From: Sporopachydermia quercuum
Taxonomy: Eukaryota
Assembly (NCBI GenBank): GCA_001599295.1
Contig: BCGN01000008.1
Span: 186,001 to 250,000, forward strand
Direction: 5' to 3'
Length of the DNA: 64,000 nt
The notes below the pieces were generated by a model that saw only the letters and a program-made list of their open reading frames with translations, was not told the DNA's origin and did no database searches. The position numbers were made by a program, and so were the translations under genes. This document shows, in pieces, positions 1-10,988 of this stretch. The first letter of the stretch is position 1, and each line of letters opens with the position of its first letter.

Positions 1-2403
1 TTTATGCCAAACAACATTTCTACCAGCATGAAATCTATCCCCATTAATAAAGGTAGAGCTAGAACTTCCATTGTAATTATAATGGTTGATTCCATCACCA
101 TTTATACCAAACATATAGTCATTCACACTATCGACAACTGTTTCTTGATGATCAGTCAATCCGCAAGCATCAACATCAAAAGAATCTTGTAATGATGCTT
201 TCTTAATACCATCAAAGCTATTCATATCATTCATATCAGCTAATTCATTATGTTTTGATCCCGTTGCTCCATCAACTCTTAATAAAACTCTTCTAGTTCT
301 GAGGAAATCCCATAGTTTCTTTTCGGAAAACCTGGGTTGTTGATAGATTGAATTTATAAAGCTGAAATAAGTGTTGAACATTTGTTTAATGAACAGTATA
401 ATTATTCTCCCGAGTTTGAATTGGGACAGGAATAATTCGATTGTTTTTTTCAATGAATGGTTCTGGATCTTCATAATACTAACAGTAAGATTAGGCTTTA
501 TTGAGTCGTCAGCGGAGTCGAGGTTTTCGTTGAATTGTATGTTTTCATTATTTGGTTGATCGTCCTTGATGTTATTGTTATTGTTATTGTCATCAGTTTT
601 GAACGTAACGGCAGTTGACTCCTCATTCATTCTCCTATCAATATGATCAACTGCTTCTTCCTTCTCATTCTGCTTTTTATAGTTACCGCTAAAACTATTC
701 TTATTGTTGATCTTTTTCTCATCATTATGCTCATTATCTTTCTTTCCACCTTTCTTATGATCCTCTTTTATACTGTCCCCATCATTTATATTACTATAAT
801 TAGTATGATTTCTATTTTTCTTCCTCAGTTCATCCATGTCTTTATTATACCAAAAAGGGTGACCCTCAGTGGAAAAGACGAAATTAGACATTTCAGTATT
901 GAGCAAGTTTGACTCATCAAAAGTCAAATATAAATATTTCAACGTTTCAGATAAAACAAAACTATCCATTTTATCCTCTGATACGCCAGTTAATACATTT
1001 TGAACAGAAGCAAATCCACATTTTGCTCTTCTCAAGTTCCAAATGTCATTTAAAACTGATTTGGCCACTTGTAAGTAAAAGGGATCCTTAGTAGCTCTGT
1101 ATAAATAGTAATTGGATTCAATGAATTCAGGACGTAATGGATACCAATTTAATAACACTTGTCTTGGCTTCAAACGATCATTATTATAATTGGATTTATC
1201 TGTCTGAGAATTACCATTATCTGTCCTTGGTCTATAATGATGATTAGCTTGATAGACCCATCGTTCTGGGATTCCCATATAGGTGTTCCACAGCTTGAAA
1301 TATACCATATGCAATTTGATAGCATCATCTAAATTACCATTGAGGACCTGTAAAGTAGGAAAGAAAGCAGCCAGAGCGTCAATCCAAGTCGTGGAAGGAA
1401 CACCATTGCTGTAATCGAAATTTCTATACATCCAATCAGATAATGAGTGCGTTCTTACAGCTTGATATGACTGCTGAAATACTTCCATTGATTTATCATT
1501 ATTAAATAAAATACCATGTTTTAAAGCATACTCGTAAAATGAATCAATGCTAGCACCAATTCCTGTTAAGGGCGACAGCCAATCACCAGTCAAAGGGTCT
1601 AATGACATTGGTACAGCATTCAGATCTGATCGGCCTTCCCACATAGTCAGAAAAGCCTTGTAGGCCCTATTTTCATAAATAGGATTACCTGTTAATTTTG
1701 ACAATAAGGAGAACTCTAGAATAAGACTGCCTGCTCCAGCAGTACAGGTTTCGGTTCCTAGGTGATTCTCCAATATCCTTTGATCGTAAGAGCGTAGTAA
1801 GTTTACTCTTGGCATAGGAATACCCTTTTTCGTATCAAATGCTTCCAGCAACTTATTGGCCAGTTCAACGGCATATTCTAGCAAAAACCCGTCATAATCT
1901 ATGATTTTCATACCTAATCTTTCTTCTGATGCGTAGAAATGCGATGACAGTAATCCACCTATTATTCTGATTGTTGTTTCAAATACTTGGACTATTCGAT
2001 CGTTTTTCAAGTTTAGGTGCTGCTTCGTAAGTACAACAGCAGATTCAAATCCCTTATGATCCCCCATTATTGCTAAAGTGTCCATAGAGTCTATATGGGT
2101 CAATAGAAATTCTCCTAAAGCGTCATTATGTCCTATATCCATTATATTATCATTAGGACCTCTAGGAGTACATGATATAGGTGATACTTCGTCAAAAGGG
2201 AATCCATATTTGAGATAAGAGTTCCAGCCGTGATAGAACATTCTTCTTGATTTTTCTTTCAAGAACTCCATTTCTTGCCTCGTGAATCCTTGATTTGAGA
2301 ATCCCGAGACAGATGTTATTATCATTTGTATGTATAATACTGTTAGTATTATGAAAGACAATCCTTTTGACGACCATCGTCTGGTCGTATAAGGAAGCCG
2401 CAT
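1..2403 (-). CDS. MNL1: EDEM-type ER alpha-1,2-mannosidase-like protein (GH47); 3' end runs off the window
   Basis: Missing from the ORF track. Manual translation from ATG 2403 gives MRLPYTTRRW..., a hydrophobic signal anchor, then MFYHGWNSYLKYGFPFDEVSPISC, THIDSMDTLAIMGD, QVFETTIRIIGGLLSSH, ETCTAGAGSLILEF, GIGASIDSFYEY and YPLRPEFIES, all GH47/Htm1 motifs. Confidence 0.9.
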   Translation of the reverse strand, partial: MRLPYTTRRWSSKGLSFIILTVLYIQMIITSVSGFSNQGFTRQEMEFLKEKSRRMFYHGWNSYLKYGFPFDEVSPISCTPRGPNDNIMDIGHNDALGEFLLTHIDSMDTLAIMGDHKGFESAVVLTKQHLNLKNDRIVQVFETTIRIIGGLLSSHFYASEERLGMKIIDYDGFLLEYAVELANKLLEAFDTKKGIPMPRVNLLRSYDQRILENHLGTETCTAGAGSLILEFSLLSKLTGNPIYENRAYKAFLTMWEGRSDLNAVPMSLDPLTGDWLSPLTGIGASIDSFYEYALKHGILFNNDKSMEVFQQSYQAVRTHSLSDWMYRNFDYSNGVPSTTWIDALAAFFPTLQVLNGNLDDAIKLHMVYFKLWNTYMGIPERWVYQANHHYRPRTDNGNSQTDKSNYNNDRLKPRQVLLNWYPLRPEFIESNYYLYRATKDPFYLQVAKSVLNDIWNLRRAKCGFASVQNVLTGVSEDKMDSFVLSETLKYLYLTFDESNLLNTEMSNFVFSTEGHPFWYNKDMDELRKKNRNHTNYSNINDGDSIKEDHKKGGKKDNEHNDEKKINNKNSFSGNYKKQNEKEEAVDHIDRRMNEESTAVTFKTDDNNNNNNIKDDQPNNENIQFNENLDSADDSIKPNLTVSIMKIQNHSLKKTIELFLSQFKLGRIIILFIKQMFNTYFSFINSIYQQPRFSEKKLWDFLRTRRVLLRVDGATGSKHNELADMNDMNSFDGIKKASLQDSFDVDACGLTDHQETVVDSVNDYMFGINGDGINHYNYNGSSSSTFINGDRFHAGRNVVWHK

Positions 2404-3646
2404 AATGCAGTTCAGATTAGCAAATCAATGCAAATGTGTGCTTTCAGTATGAATATATGAACCGACATAGCAGTATCGCTGATACTAAATAAATAAAAGT
2501 TGTGAAGTAGCTGCAATCATGTATTCCATAGGTACTTGGTGGCCGATTGGTATTATATCTTTGGTGATAAAAACGGATGATGACAATCTGTATTGTATCT
2601 AAATACCACTTTGTGGTGTCACAATACCCCGAAATAGTTTCAAATGTAAGATACAGGCTGAACCAAACACGTAAACACCCAAAACAACAAGAAAAACAAA
2701 TGTAAGAATTCAACAAGCTTAGCAGCCAGCAAAGGTAAAAATATACAAACAAAAGAACTCGTATGATTGCGTAAAATGTATACGTCTGACACCATAAATA
2801 ACTTCCCTATGATCACTTGACGCTGGATGTCCAAATTGTTCAAGGGAAGATGTTCAAACAGCTTGACACACCAAGAGAAGCAGAACAAGCTGACAACCTC
2901 ACTGAACAAGTAACAACTTCCAACAAAATCCACTTTCTTATTTATCTTCAGGCTTTTCAATTTGATTATATTAACAACCTCTGATGTGCAAACACCCTTT
3001 TTTTGCAGATCGAATTTAACGGTAAATGATAAGGAAATGGAGTCATTATTAATAAGGCCACCGCAAGCCACTTCGCATCTCACCATTGAAATCGTTTTTG
3101 TCACACGAATATTAATTATATCAAGTCTCACTATGCATGCATACCTCATTTGAAGCGAGACTTGAATTCTGCTTGGGTATCTAACATCCGGGTAAGGTTC
3201 CATTAAAGTTATGTGCACAGAACAAAATTTTCACCTTAAACAGGCATTATGCGCAAGATACAATAATAACATGCATTTATATGCATTAAAATCATCACAT
3301 GTATATATATAGCTATGTACAATTAATGCATGAATCCCTCATTTTTCAACAGAAACAGGTTTTCATTGGCAAATTCACAGGTGTATGTCATATTCACTAA
3401 AGGAAAATTGTCCTTTGGTGTTGAAAGAAGGAGCCAGTATATCACCACCAAGAGACACTAGAATATTATAAATAGCTAATCACAAGAGTCTATCGTAATG
3501 CAATATTAGGCACAAGTTAATTTTGATCAGGAAGACAGTATAGTATACCGATAAAGATTTGTCATATCACTAGTGACGAACATAATCATACAACACCAAA
3601 GAATACATCCCATTGATCATCAACTACAGAACCGAGAAATATCAAA

Positions 3647-4096
3647 ATGGTTGAACTTACACAACTTGACGAAGAGCAAGCCAATGAATTTGAAGCTACA
3701 GCCACCAACGAAAAAGTTGAAACTGTTGGAGAATCTGATGATGAATCTGAATTTGAAGATGATGACGATGACTTTGATTTAGAGGACGAGACTTTATTGG
3801 AAAGATTAGCAGCATTAAAGGATATTATCCCGCCTCAAACTAGAGACGTTATTGCAGATGGTGTCAGCTCTGTTGTTTCAGTTGCTTCAAGCGGTTTGGG
3901 AAGTATCGGAAGAGCTGCTTGGTTGATCACATCCACCACACTTTTATTAGGAATTCCTTTCTCTTTAACTGTTTTATCTGAACAACAAGCCATGGAATTA
4001 GAAAGTGAAATGAAGCTTGCTGATAGCACCAATGAATTGTTAGCACCAGGTGCTTCTGATGCTTTCCAACCACTTCCAGGCGTTGCCAAGGCTTAA
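3647..4096 (+). CDS. TOM22: Mitochondrial import receptor subunit Tom22
   Basis: MVELT start, acidic cytosolic domain, ETLLERLAALKDIIPP, TM segment W.ITSTTLLLGIP. Confidence 0.96.
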   Translation: MVELTQLDEEQANEFEATATNEKVETVGESDDESEFEDDDDDFDLEDETLLERLAALKDIIPPQTRDVIADGVSSVVSVASSGLGSIGRAAWLITSTTLLLGIPFSLTVLSEQQAMELESEMKLADSTNELLAPGASDAFQPLPGVAKA

Positions 4097-4513
4097 GATG
4101 AATTGATGAAGGGGTAAAGAATTATAACGGTAGCGATATTAGCAATGGTTGTGTTGATTTGATTTTATCTACTTACTACCAAGTTGTTTATTCTTCGTGT
4201 AGATATTTATGGAATTGTTATCTTTCTTAATCAGTGTATAATGACAGCTGAATATATTGAAATATTTGGAGCATGATTAATGTAGTTTTATTTTGTAGTA
4301 GATGTCAGGAACCAACTGCTATACATACTGTAATTATTGTAACTTGTAGTAATCTAGGATATATTTATTCTAAGTACATGAGTGTAAATATGTATATGTA
4401 AGATGTGTCAGTTGGTATATATTAGATATACAAGAAACCGATATGCAGAAGGGATGATTTGAGGATTGATGAAAACCCGTTGAACAGCAAGCCAATTCAA
4501 CTCTACAACAGAT

Positions 4514-5725
4514 TCATTCTGTTTTCTTATGCTTGATGGATAAACACCAAATGTCTAGGTAAGTCGTTATCTCCGTAACGATCTCAGTAACAAACATTCC
4601 ATATAGACCCAAGCTCAAGCCTAATCCAATGCAAACTAAACCACCAGTAACAGTTTCTTCATCTAATCCCCAAACGTTCTGAATCAAATATGTCAGTGGA
4701 ATCATAACTGAAGGAATAAGCATTGGAGCATTGAACATGGGAAATGGCTGAAATGTGAGATGGCCAATGATTATTCTACCAACAGAGAAAGCACTGGTCA
4801 AAGCAATCATAAACATGAAAACAACGCAGTACTTTTCAATAACTGTAGGGAAAAGATATGCCCATAAAAATACAGTTGCGTAATATGAGAAGAAAGGAAT
4901 GTGTCCTTTCAATGCTTCCTTCATATCGATTTTCTTACTATGAGCATGTTTCCTGACGTTAGTAGGACATGACAAAATATTGAATGACAATCCAATTGAT
5001 CCTAGAATCATATAACCATAAGTCAGGTTGAAATTAAGAATATAATGTTGTAGCCAAACTGGAGCATAACTTGCTAATGTAATGACCCATTCAGGAGCAG
5101 AGAAATTGAAGAGTTCAAACACAGGAGTATGCCATAATGAAGTACCAAATTTAGCTGTCAACAAATGAGCACCTACAATTAATAAAATACCTTCAACGGG
5201 ACCAGAACAAGCGGATAAAAACAATGTTCCAGTGTGATATTCTTCCCAAGTGCTGAGATAGAAATTTGTAAGGGTAGCAAACTGAGTGATTAAAATCTGC
5301 CAACCATATCCCATAGAAACACTGGAAGCAAATATAATTACACATAAACTAGTATTACAAGCATCAACACAATGATCAAACAATTCACCCAATGGTCCCG
5401 ATTGTCCAGTTCTTCTAGCATGTGCTCCATCACAAGCATCAAACGTTTGATACATAAACAATCCGATAGCGTACAAGACATAGACAAAACTTGATGAAGG
5501 TTTATCTAATGTTGGATCTAGAAATAAGCAAATGATCAAATCAATGACAATAAATCCAAAACCTAACAACGTAACCAAGTTAGGTGCCATCCATAAGGGG
5601 AATATTTTCACGAATTGAACCCAGAAAGGTTTCAAAACATATTTTGTAACAATCGAATGATCCTCTGAAGAGTATTTATACTTCCTAAGATTAGGAAGGT
5701 AAGCGTATGGAATGAAGACACCCAT
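4514..5725 (-). CDS. Choline/ethanolamine phosphotransferase (CPT1/EPT1 family)
   Basis: CDP-alcohol phosphotransferase motif DACDGAHARRTGQSGPLGELFDHCVD, WMAPNLVTLLG, multiple TM helices, C-terminal KHKKTE. Confidence 0.95.
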   Translation of the reverse strand: MGVFIPYAYLPNLRKYKYSSEDHSIVTKYVLKPFWVQFVKIFPLWMAPNLVTLLGFGFIVIDLIICLFLDPTLDKPSSSFVYVLYAIGLFMYQTFDACDGAHARRTGQSGPLGELFDHCVDACNTSLCVIIFASSVSMGYGWQILITQFATLTNFYLSTWEEYHTGTLFLSACSGPVEGILLIVGAHLLTAKFGTSLWHTPVFELFNFSAPEWVITLASYAPVWLQHYILNFNLTYGYMILGSIGLSFNILSCPTNVRKHAHSKKIDMKEALKGHIPFFSYYATVFLWAYLFPTVIEKYCVVFMFMIALTSAFSVGRIIIGHLTFQPFPMFNAPMLIPSVMIPLTYLIQNVWGLDEETVTGGLVCIGLGLSLGLYGMFVTEIVTEITTYLDIWCLSIKHKKTE

Positions 5726-7132
5726 TTTAATGATGTTCTGGTTCTCAATTGCTGATTTGGACTTATATGTTGTTTTTATGAATTAATGTCGAGATTCCAA
5801 TATATAATGGTATCACCAGTTCATATAGAAGCCGTGTGTTCTTGATAACCAGAAAAAAAAAATGTTTGGATACCAAATCAGATCATAGATAAATCAATCT
5901 ATACAGAACTTGATCAACAGGCTCTGTAATTGTACTTAGAAATCAGTTGAGGGTTTACCTAACAAAGCACCAATCAACACAATTGAAAGAACTCCTTTCA
6001 GATCTGCTATTACGATCAGTTTTCTGTTTGTTCTGTTTGCTGATAGGTAGGAATAGATAGGCAACTCAGGTATGGTAATTTAAGTTCAAAAAGGTTTATT
6101 TACAAGAAAGAGCTGCTTTACGTCATGATTCTTATTTTGTATGACATAGGACAAAGTGAGACAATCAATATGGAATGACAGTGATTATTTCTTTGGCGAG
6201 GTGTAGTTGATGGAAAAGGAGAAGTGTGATCAATTAGAATTTTATTGTTCCAAATTATTTGTTTGATTAATTGATCACTAGTCTACATGCTAGTTATAAT
6301 GATTGATATAGAGAAGTGACAGTTGATCCTGTTTAGAGATGTTAAATGATTACACTATCATGACATAAAAAAGAGTTGAAACACTACTACTACCTACCAC
6401 TTGCCTCTTGACATGAACAATGTAAAGAGATTGGACACAACAACATTTTGATATTTTCAAGAATTTGATAAGATTTAGTAGCTTACCAGCTTTGACAAAA
6501 TATCACTCTAGACCGAAATTTATTCAGAATCAATTTGTTATGTCATACATTATTCCCTGCCAAATATGATTGTCAGAACAACGTGGAAACAGGAAGAACG
6601 TGACAGAAAATCGCTCAGAAGAACCAGAAGAGCCTCTGATGAGACTGATTCATTTTTCGATTAACCAGATAAATTGCCAACAATCTTGTGAGTACTGTCG
6701 TACTATAGTGCTCATAACCTACAACAACTGATGAATAAATAGCACTTACTAGTTGTAATTTGTCAAGCTTAGTCAATAATCTTCTCAGTCTATTCCCCAA
6801 AGAGTGTGCTTTTTTGTAACACTATAAGCTTATGATGGACAAAACTCCAATTAACTCCCGCTCTCACTTCGTGATCATGTGAGCCTCGGTTACTGCTGTA
6901 TTTATTATCTCCGAAATCGCAAAACCGGAAATTGCCCTGACATCTCTTATTATGTTACATTCACATAATTTAAAACTAACAACCATCACTTACAATGACC
7001 ATGTTCCTATACCGACATTACTGTTCTATGACTGAATAACACTAAATGCTGAAGTATCTCAACTGTTAAATAGAGACACTTTTTGTATTTTGAGTTAAGG
7101 TCAATTGACAATACTGAAAATGTTCTTTCAGC

Positions 7133-9418
7133 ATGATACATTGTGGCATTTGTAAGAAATCTCCATCCACACAATCATCAACAGTAACATCAACATCAAT
7201 AACAGGTTCAGGGTCCCTGAAAGAGCATGATAAACTAAAAAGAAAGAACGCACCTACTAATAAATTAGGTTATTTAGGTATAAAACAACGGGCAGCATCA
7301 GTGTCTCATACAAAGTTCAATCACACAAAACATCATAATAAAGATCCATCATCACCGTACCAGAATCCTTCGAGAAGGGCTTCAGAAGCTGATGCAGTGG
7401 CAGTGGCGGTGGATATGAACAGAAATTATTCAACTGGTAGAATTCCTGACAATCAAATAGTTTATAATGACTTAAAATACTACTCGAATACCCGCCTTTT
7501 AGATAATGTACGTTATGGACATCATAATGTGTCATCTATACCAATGACACGCAACTCTTCAGCTCCTCAACATCAGTACCAGCAAGTAAGGACTAAGGAT
7601 AATCGAAGCATGAGTCTCTCAATATCAGCAAGAAGAATGTCATATATTGATAACTTGAGTCATAACTATGACATGGAAAGAGCATATGATGAGAAAGGAC
7701 GCAGAAATAGTACATTTCACGATAGTTCCAATAGAAATAACAATATTAAACATCCCACAATTTCAAATGATAGTAGAATGGCAAGTACTACTACTAAAGA
7801 TCCTTCGTCAATATCATTATTTAGTCCTGTGATAATACCTGATAATTCTGATATCCTCTGCGTATCTTGTGCATCTGACAGCTCTTTGAAACAAAGAATG
7901 AGACTCCTACTTGCACTAGATGAAAAGGCAAGATACCAACGAATGGTTGATCGAGTTCTAGAACAGAGTATATGGGATGAGCAGACTCATGAGAAAAGTA
8001 GTTTCATACTGAGACATTTATTTAAATCATTACAAAATGAGGAGTCGTCATTGTCTGGACGTACCAACAGCAGTTCTGCATCTCCTACTATGGCTTCCTC
8101 TTCTGAAGGATTAACACCTTCTAACAAAGAAGTTATTTCGTTAGCCAACAGACTGTTGAAACTGAAAGTGAAAACCAAAAGAAACCGTGTTTCCAACCTA
8201 AAAACTCGAATCAATGAACTGAAAGACCAAATCTCACAGCTATCTCAACAATTCAAGAGTATGGAGATTAATGTAAACCAGAAACGGACTCAACTACAAG
8301 AAACGGAAGAATGCGTGAAAAAGGATGAAGAGATCAAATTGCGTGATGTGAGACAACAGCTCAGTAAGACGAATCACATTCTTACACGCAAACTAATACC
8401 ACATCTTGAGAATATGCAAGCTTTAACGTTTCAAGAGCTGATTAGAATGTTCGTTATTAAGAGGAAAAGACGGAAAACATTCGATAGGCTGAATCCGGGG
8501 TCTGGAAGTGATGACAATAGTAACACCAAGATTATCAATGCAATGAGCAATGATATCAGCGTCCAGCAAGATAGAGAGAAGTTTCAACTGATGATTTCAT
8601 TTAATACTGTCCCAAGGCTAGAAATACTAAGCAAGTTTTCTATATATGAAGTAAATGCTTCTACCAATAGAATAGCTTTTTTTCTTTATCTGGCTAGTTA
8701 TTATTATGGCTATGCACTACCATTTGAACTATTGCCTCCTGGTTACTTGCACAGCGAATTTCGGGTAAGATCAAGCAAAATTAAAGACGCGAAATATGAT
8801 TTAGGTATACCTATATCTATACTGATAAATAAGAATACTGAACTAGAAGAAGATGTTAGTGATAACACTGTAACGAAGTGCCCTACATGGAAAGAGGTAC
8901 TGAAAAATAAATATGATATGAAGCTATTTGTCACCGGGGTTAGTTTGCTTTTATGGAACATTGCAAAAATGTCACGAGATGTATTCCAGGTTTGTCCAAA
9001 AAAGTATTCAGAGCTAGCTGACATGGATACAATGTTGGTGAATATGTTATTAGGAATAAGTAGTGAAACGGATGATCAATGGGAACAGGACAATGTGAAG
9101 GGCAGGGGAAAGGACAGGGGAAAGGACAAGGGAAAGGACAAGGTAAAGGGCCAAGATAATGATAATGATAACAGTAATGATAATAATGGCGGGGACCAGG
9201 AAAATGTTGATTGTAATAATAGGAATAGGAATAAAAAACATAGCAATGTATTGATAGAAGAGGAGAACATCAAATGGGATAAAACAATGGAAAGTGTGAA
9301 TAACATACAAATTATTATTTATAAATACTTCAAGGAACAATTTGGTGTTGAATTAGATCAACCAGGAGATAAAATTGATGCTAATGAAGCAGACGAGGAC
9401 TGGCTAGTGTTGTTTTGA
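7133..9418 (+). CDS. ATG14: Atg14-like autophagy PI3K complex I subunit (Atg14/Vps38 family)
   Basis: N-terminal HCGIC plus a later LCVSC, long coiled coil, YYGYALPFEL segment, acidic C-terminal DEDWLVLF. Family assignment by motif recall. Confidence 0.65.
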   Translation: MIHCGICKKSPSTQSSTVTSTSITGSGSLKEHDKLKRKNAPTNKLGYLGIKQRAASVSHTKFNHTKHHNKDPSSPYQNPSRRASEADAVAVAVDMNRNYSTGRIPDNQIVYNDLKYYSNTRLLDNVRYGHHNVSSIPMTRNSSAPQHQYQQVRTKDNRSMSLSISARRMSYIDNLSHNYDMERAYDEKGRRNSTFHDSSNRNNNIKHPTISNDSRMASTTTKDPSSISLFSPVIIPDNSDILCVSCASDSSLKQRMRLLLALDEKARYQRMVDRVLEQSIWDEQTHEKSSFILRHLFKSLQNEESSLSGRTNSSSASPTMASSSEGLTPSNKEVISLANRLLKLKVKTKRNRVSNLKTRINELKDQISQLSQQFKSMEINVNQKRTQLQETEECVKKDEEIKLRDVRQQLSKTNHILTRKLIPHLENMQALTFQELIRMFVIKRKRRKTFDRLNPGSGSDDNSNTKIINAMSNDISVQQDREKFQLMISFNTVPRLEILSKFSIYEVNASTNRIAFFLYLASYYYGYALPFELLPPGYLHSEFRVRSSKIKDAKYDLGIPISILINKNTELEEDVSDNTVTKCPTWKEVLKNKYDMKLFVTGVSLLLWNIAKMSRDVFQVCPKKYSELADMDTMLVNMLLGISSETDDQWEQDNVKGRGKDRGKDKGKDKVKGQDNDNDNSNDNNGGDQENVDCNNRNRNKKHSNVLIEEENIKWDKTMESVNNIQIIIYKYFKEQFGVELDQPGDKIDANEADEDWLVLF
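9101..9152 (+). repeat. Coding 12-bp minisatellite (GKDR/GKDK units) in the Atg14-like gene
   Basis: GGCAGGGGAAAGGACAGGGGAAAGGACAAGGGAAAGGACAAGGTAAAG, about four degenerate units. Confidence 0.8.
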
Positions 9419-9689
9419 GGTAGTACTATACGATTAGAAATGTTCCTATATGTCAATAAATAGTTATCCATATTACCAAGTACATTTGATATTTATAATG
9501 ATAGTTTGAAACTATATCTGATGATTTAACCCAATAGCAGCCACTTAAAATAGTTGTGCATTTATATAATTTTAAGTTCTGCTACTATTACTTTTATTGT
9601 TCCTCCTCATCTTTCATTTTCATCTAAATATCAAATAATATATTATCTATAAAACTATTACGCAACAAACACTACCTAAATACATCTAA

Positions 9690-10988
9690 CTAAAGCTCCT
9701 CCTTAGTAACAGCATAAATGGATTCAGCTAGATACTTCACATTCTTAGAAGTAATACCAGCAATTGATACTCTACCATTTCTAGTGAAATAAATAGAATA
9801 CTTCTGAGCTAAAATATCAACTTGTTCCGGTTTCAATCCAGTGAAACAGAACATACCAATTTGTGAGGTAATATGGTTCCAGTTCTTCTTGGATCCTAAT
9901 TGTTCTAAGTTGGATTTCAATAAAGCTCTCATTGAGTTCATCCTATCAGCCATACCCTTAACTTCTTCTAACCATTGAGCCTTTAATTCAACGTCGTTAA
10001 GAATCTCATTGACAATTCTAGCACCATGAATAGGAGGATTTGAGTATAAAGGACGAATGACAATCTTTAATTGAGAATCAATCTTTGCCTTCTCTTCAGG
10101 AGAGGCAGCAATCAATGAGAAAGCACCAACTCTTTCACCATACAAGCCCATGTTCTTAGCAAATGATTGACATAAAGCAATTTGTTGCCCTTGAGAAACA
10201 AAATATCTAACAGCATACGCATCCTTGACGCAATCACCAGAGGCAAATCCTTGATATGCCATATCGAAAAATGGGAAATGGTTCTTTTCTTTACACACTT
10301 CAGAGATTTTCCTCCATTGTTCAGGTGTAGGATCAACACCTGTAGGATTATGAGCACAGGCATGAAGTAAAATAGCTGATCCACTAGGAATAGCCTTTAA
10401 ATCAGTAATGAGGCCTTCAAAATCTAATGAAATGGTCTTGTCGTCATAATAGCTATAAGTACCTACTTCTAAACCAGATTCAAGGAAAACAGCTGAGTGA
10501 TTGGCCCACGATGGCTTAGGAATATAAATCTTCTTGCTGGGTAAAAATTTAGCAAGGAATTCACCACCAACTCTCAAAGCACCAGTTCCAGAAATCGTTT
10601 GAGCAATTGAGATTCTCTTGGTTAACAATGGTTCAGAATCTTCGCCATAAGCCAACTTAGCTGCTGCTTCATTGAAATCAGCTAATCCAAGAATTGGGGC
10701 ATATTCCTTATCGAGTCCTTTCTCTAAGACTCTTTGTTCAGCAATCTTGACAGATGGAAGAACATAAGGCTTACCTTCGTCATCTCTGTAAGCGCCAACA
10801 CCTAAGTTGATCTTCCTTTCGAAAGTATCCTTTTTGAAAGCTTCGGTGATACCTAAGATAGCATCAGGAGGACCTAAAGGAACTTTGGCCCAGGTAGATT
10901 CAAATCTCATGGCTGGCACGGTGAAACGAGCCATTTTGGCTCTGGAAGCGAGAGTAAAAACTCTCTTGGAAGTAGCTAATCTGAGCAT
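9690..10988 (-). CDS. AAT1: Mitochondrial aspartate aminotransferase
   Basis: True ATG at 10988 ([11 protein letters not shown]..., Arg-rich presequence). Motifs [23 protein letters not shown] and the PLP-lysine motif [12 protein letters not shown]. Confidence 0.95.
   Translation of the reverse strand: MLRLATSKRVFTLASRAKMARFTVPAMRFESTWAKVPLGPPDAILGITEAFKKDTFERKINLGVGAYRDDEGKPYVLPSVKIAEQRVLEKGLDKEYAPILGLADFNEAAAKLAYGEDSEPLLTKRISIAQTISGTGALRVGGEFLAKFLPSKKIYIPKPSWANHSAVFLESGLEVGTYSYYDDKTISLDFEGLITDLKAIPSGSAILLHACAHNPTGVDPTPEQWRKISEVCKEKNHFPFFDMAYQGFASGDCVKDAYAVRYFVSQGQQIALCQSFAKNMGLYGERVGAFSLIAASPEEKAKIDSQLKIVIRPLYSNPPIHGARIVNEILNDVELKAQWLEEVKGMADRMNSMRALLKSNLEQLGSKKNWNHITSQIGMFCFTGLKPEQVDILAQKYSIYFTRNGRVSIAGITSKNVKYLAESIYAVTKEEL

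Noticed and set aside
2444..3218. ORF-track ORFs of 102 and 192 aa upstream of MNL1
   Set aside because: No recognisable domain and random-looking composition. They lie in the MNL1/TOM22 divergent promoter, which holds a Reb1-type CCGGGTAA at 3188-3195.
3383..3530. Possible TOM22 5'UTR intron (GTATGT...GCTAAT...AG)
   Set aside because: The branch point is weak, the acceptor is ambiguous, and no coding constraint allows a test.
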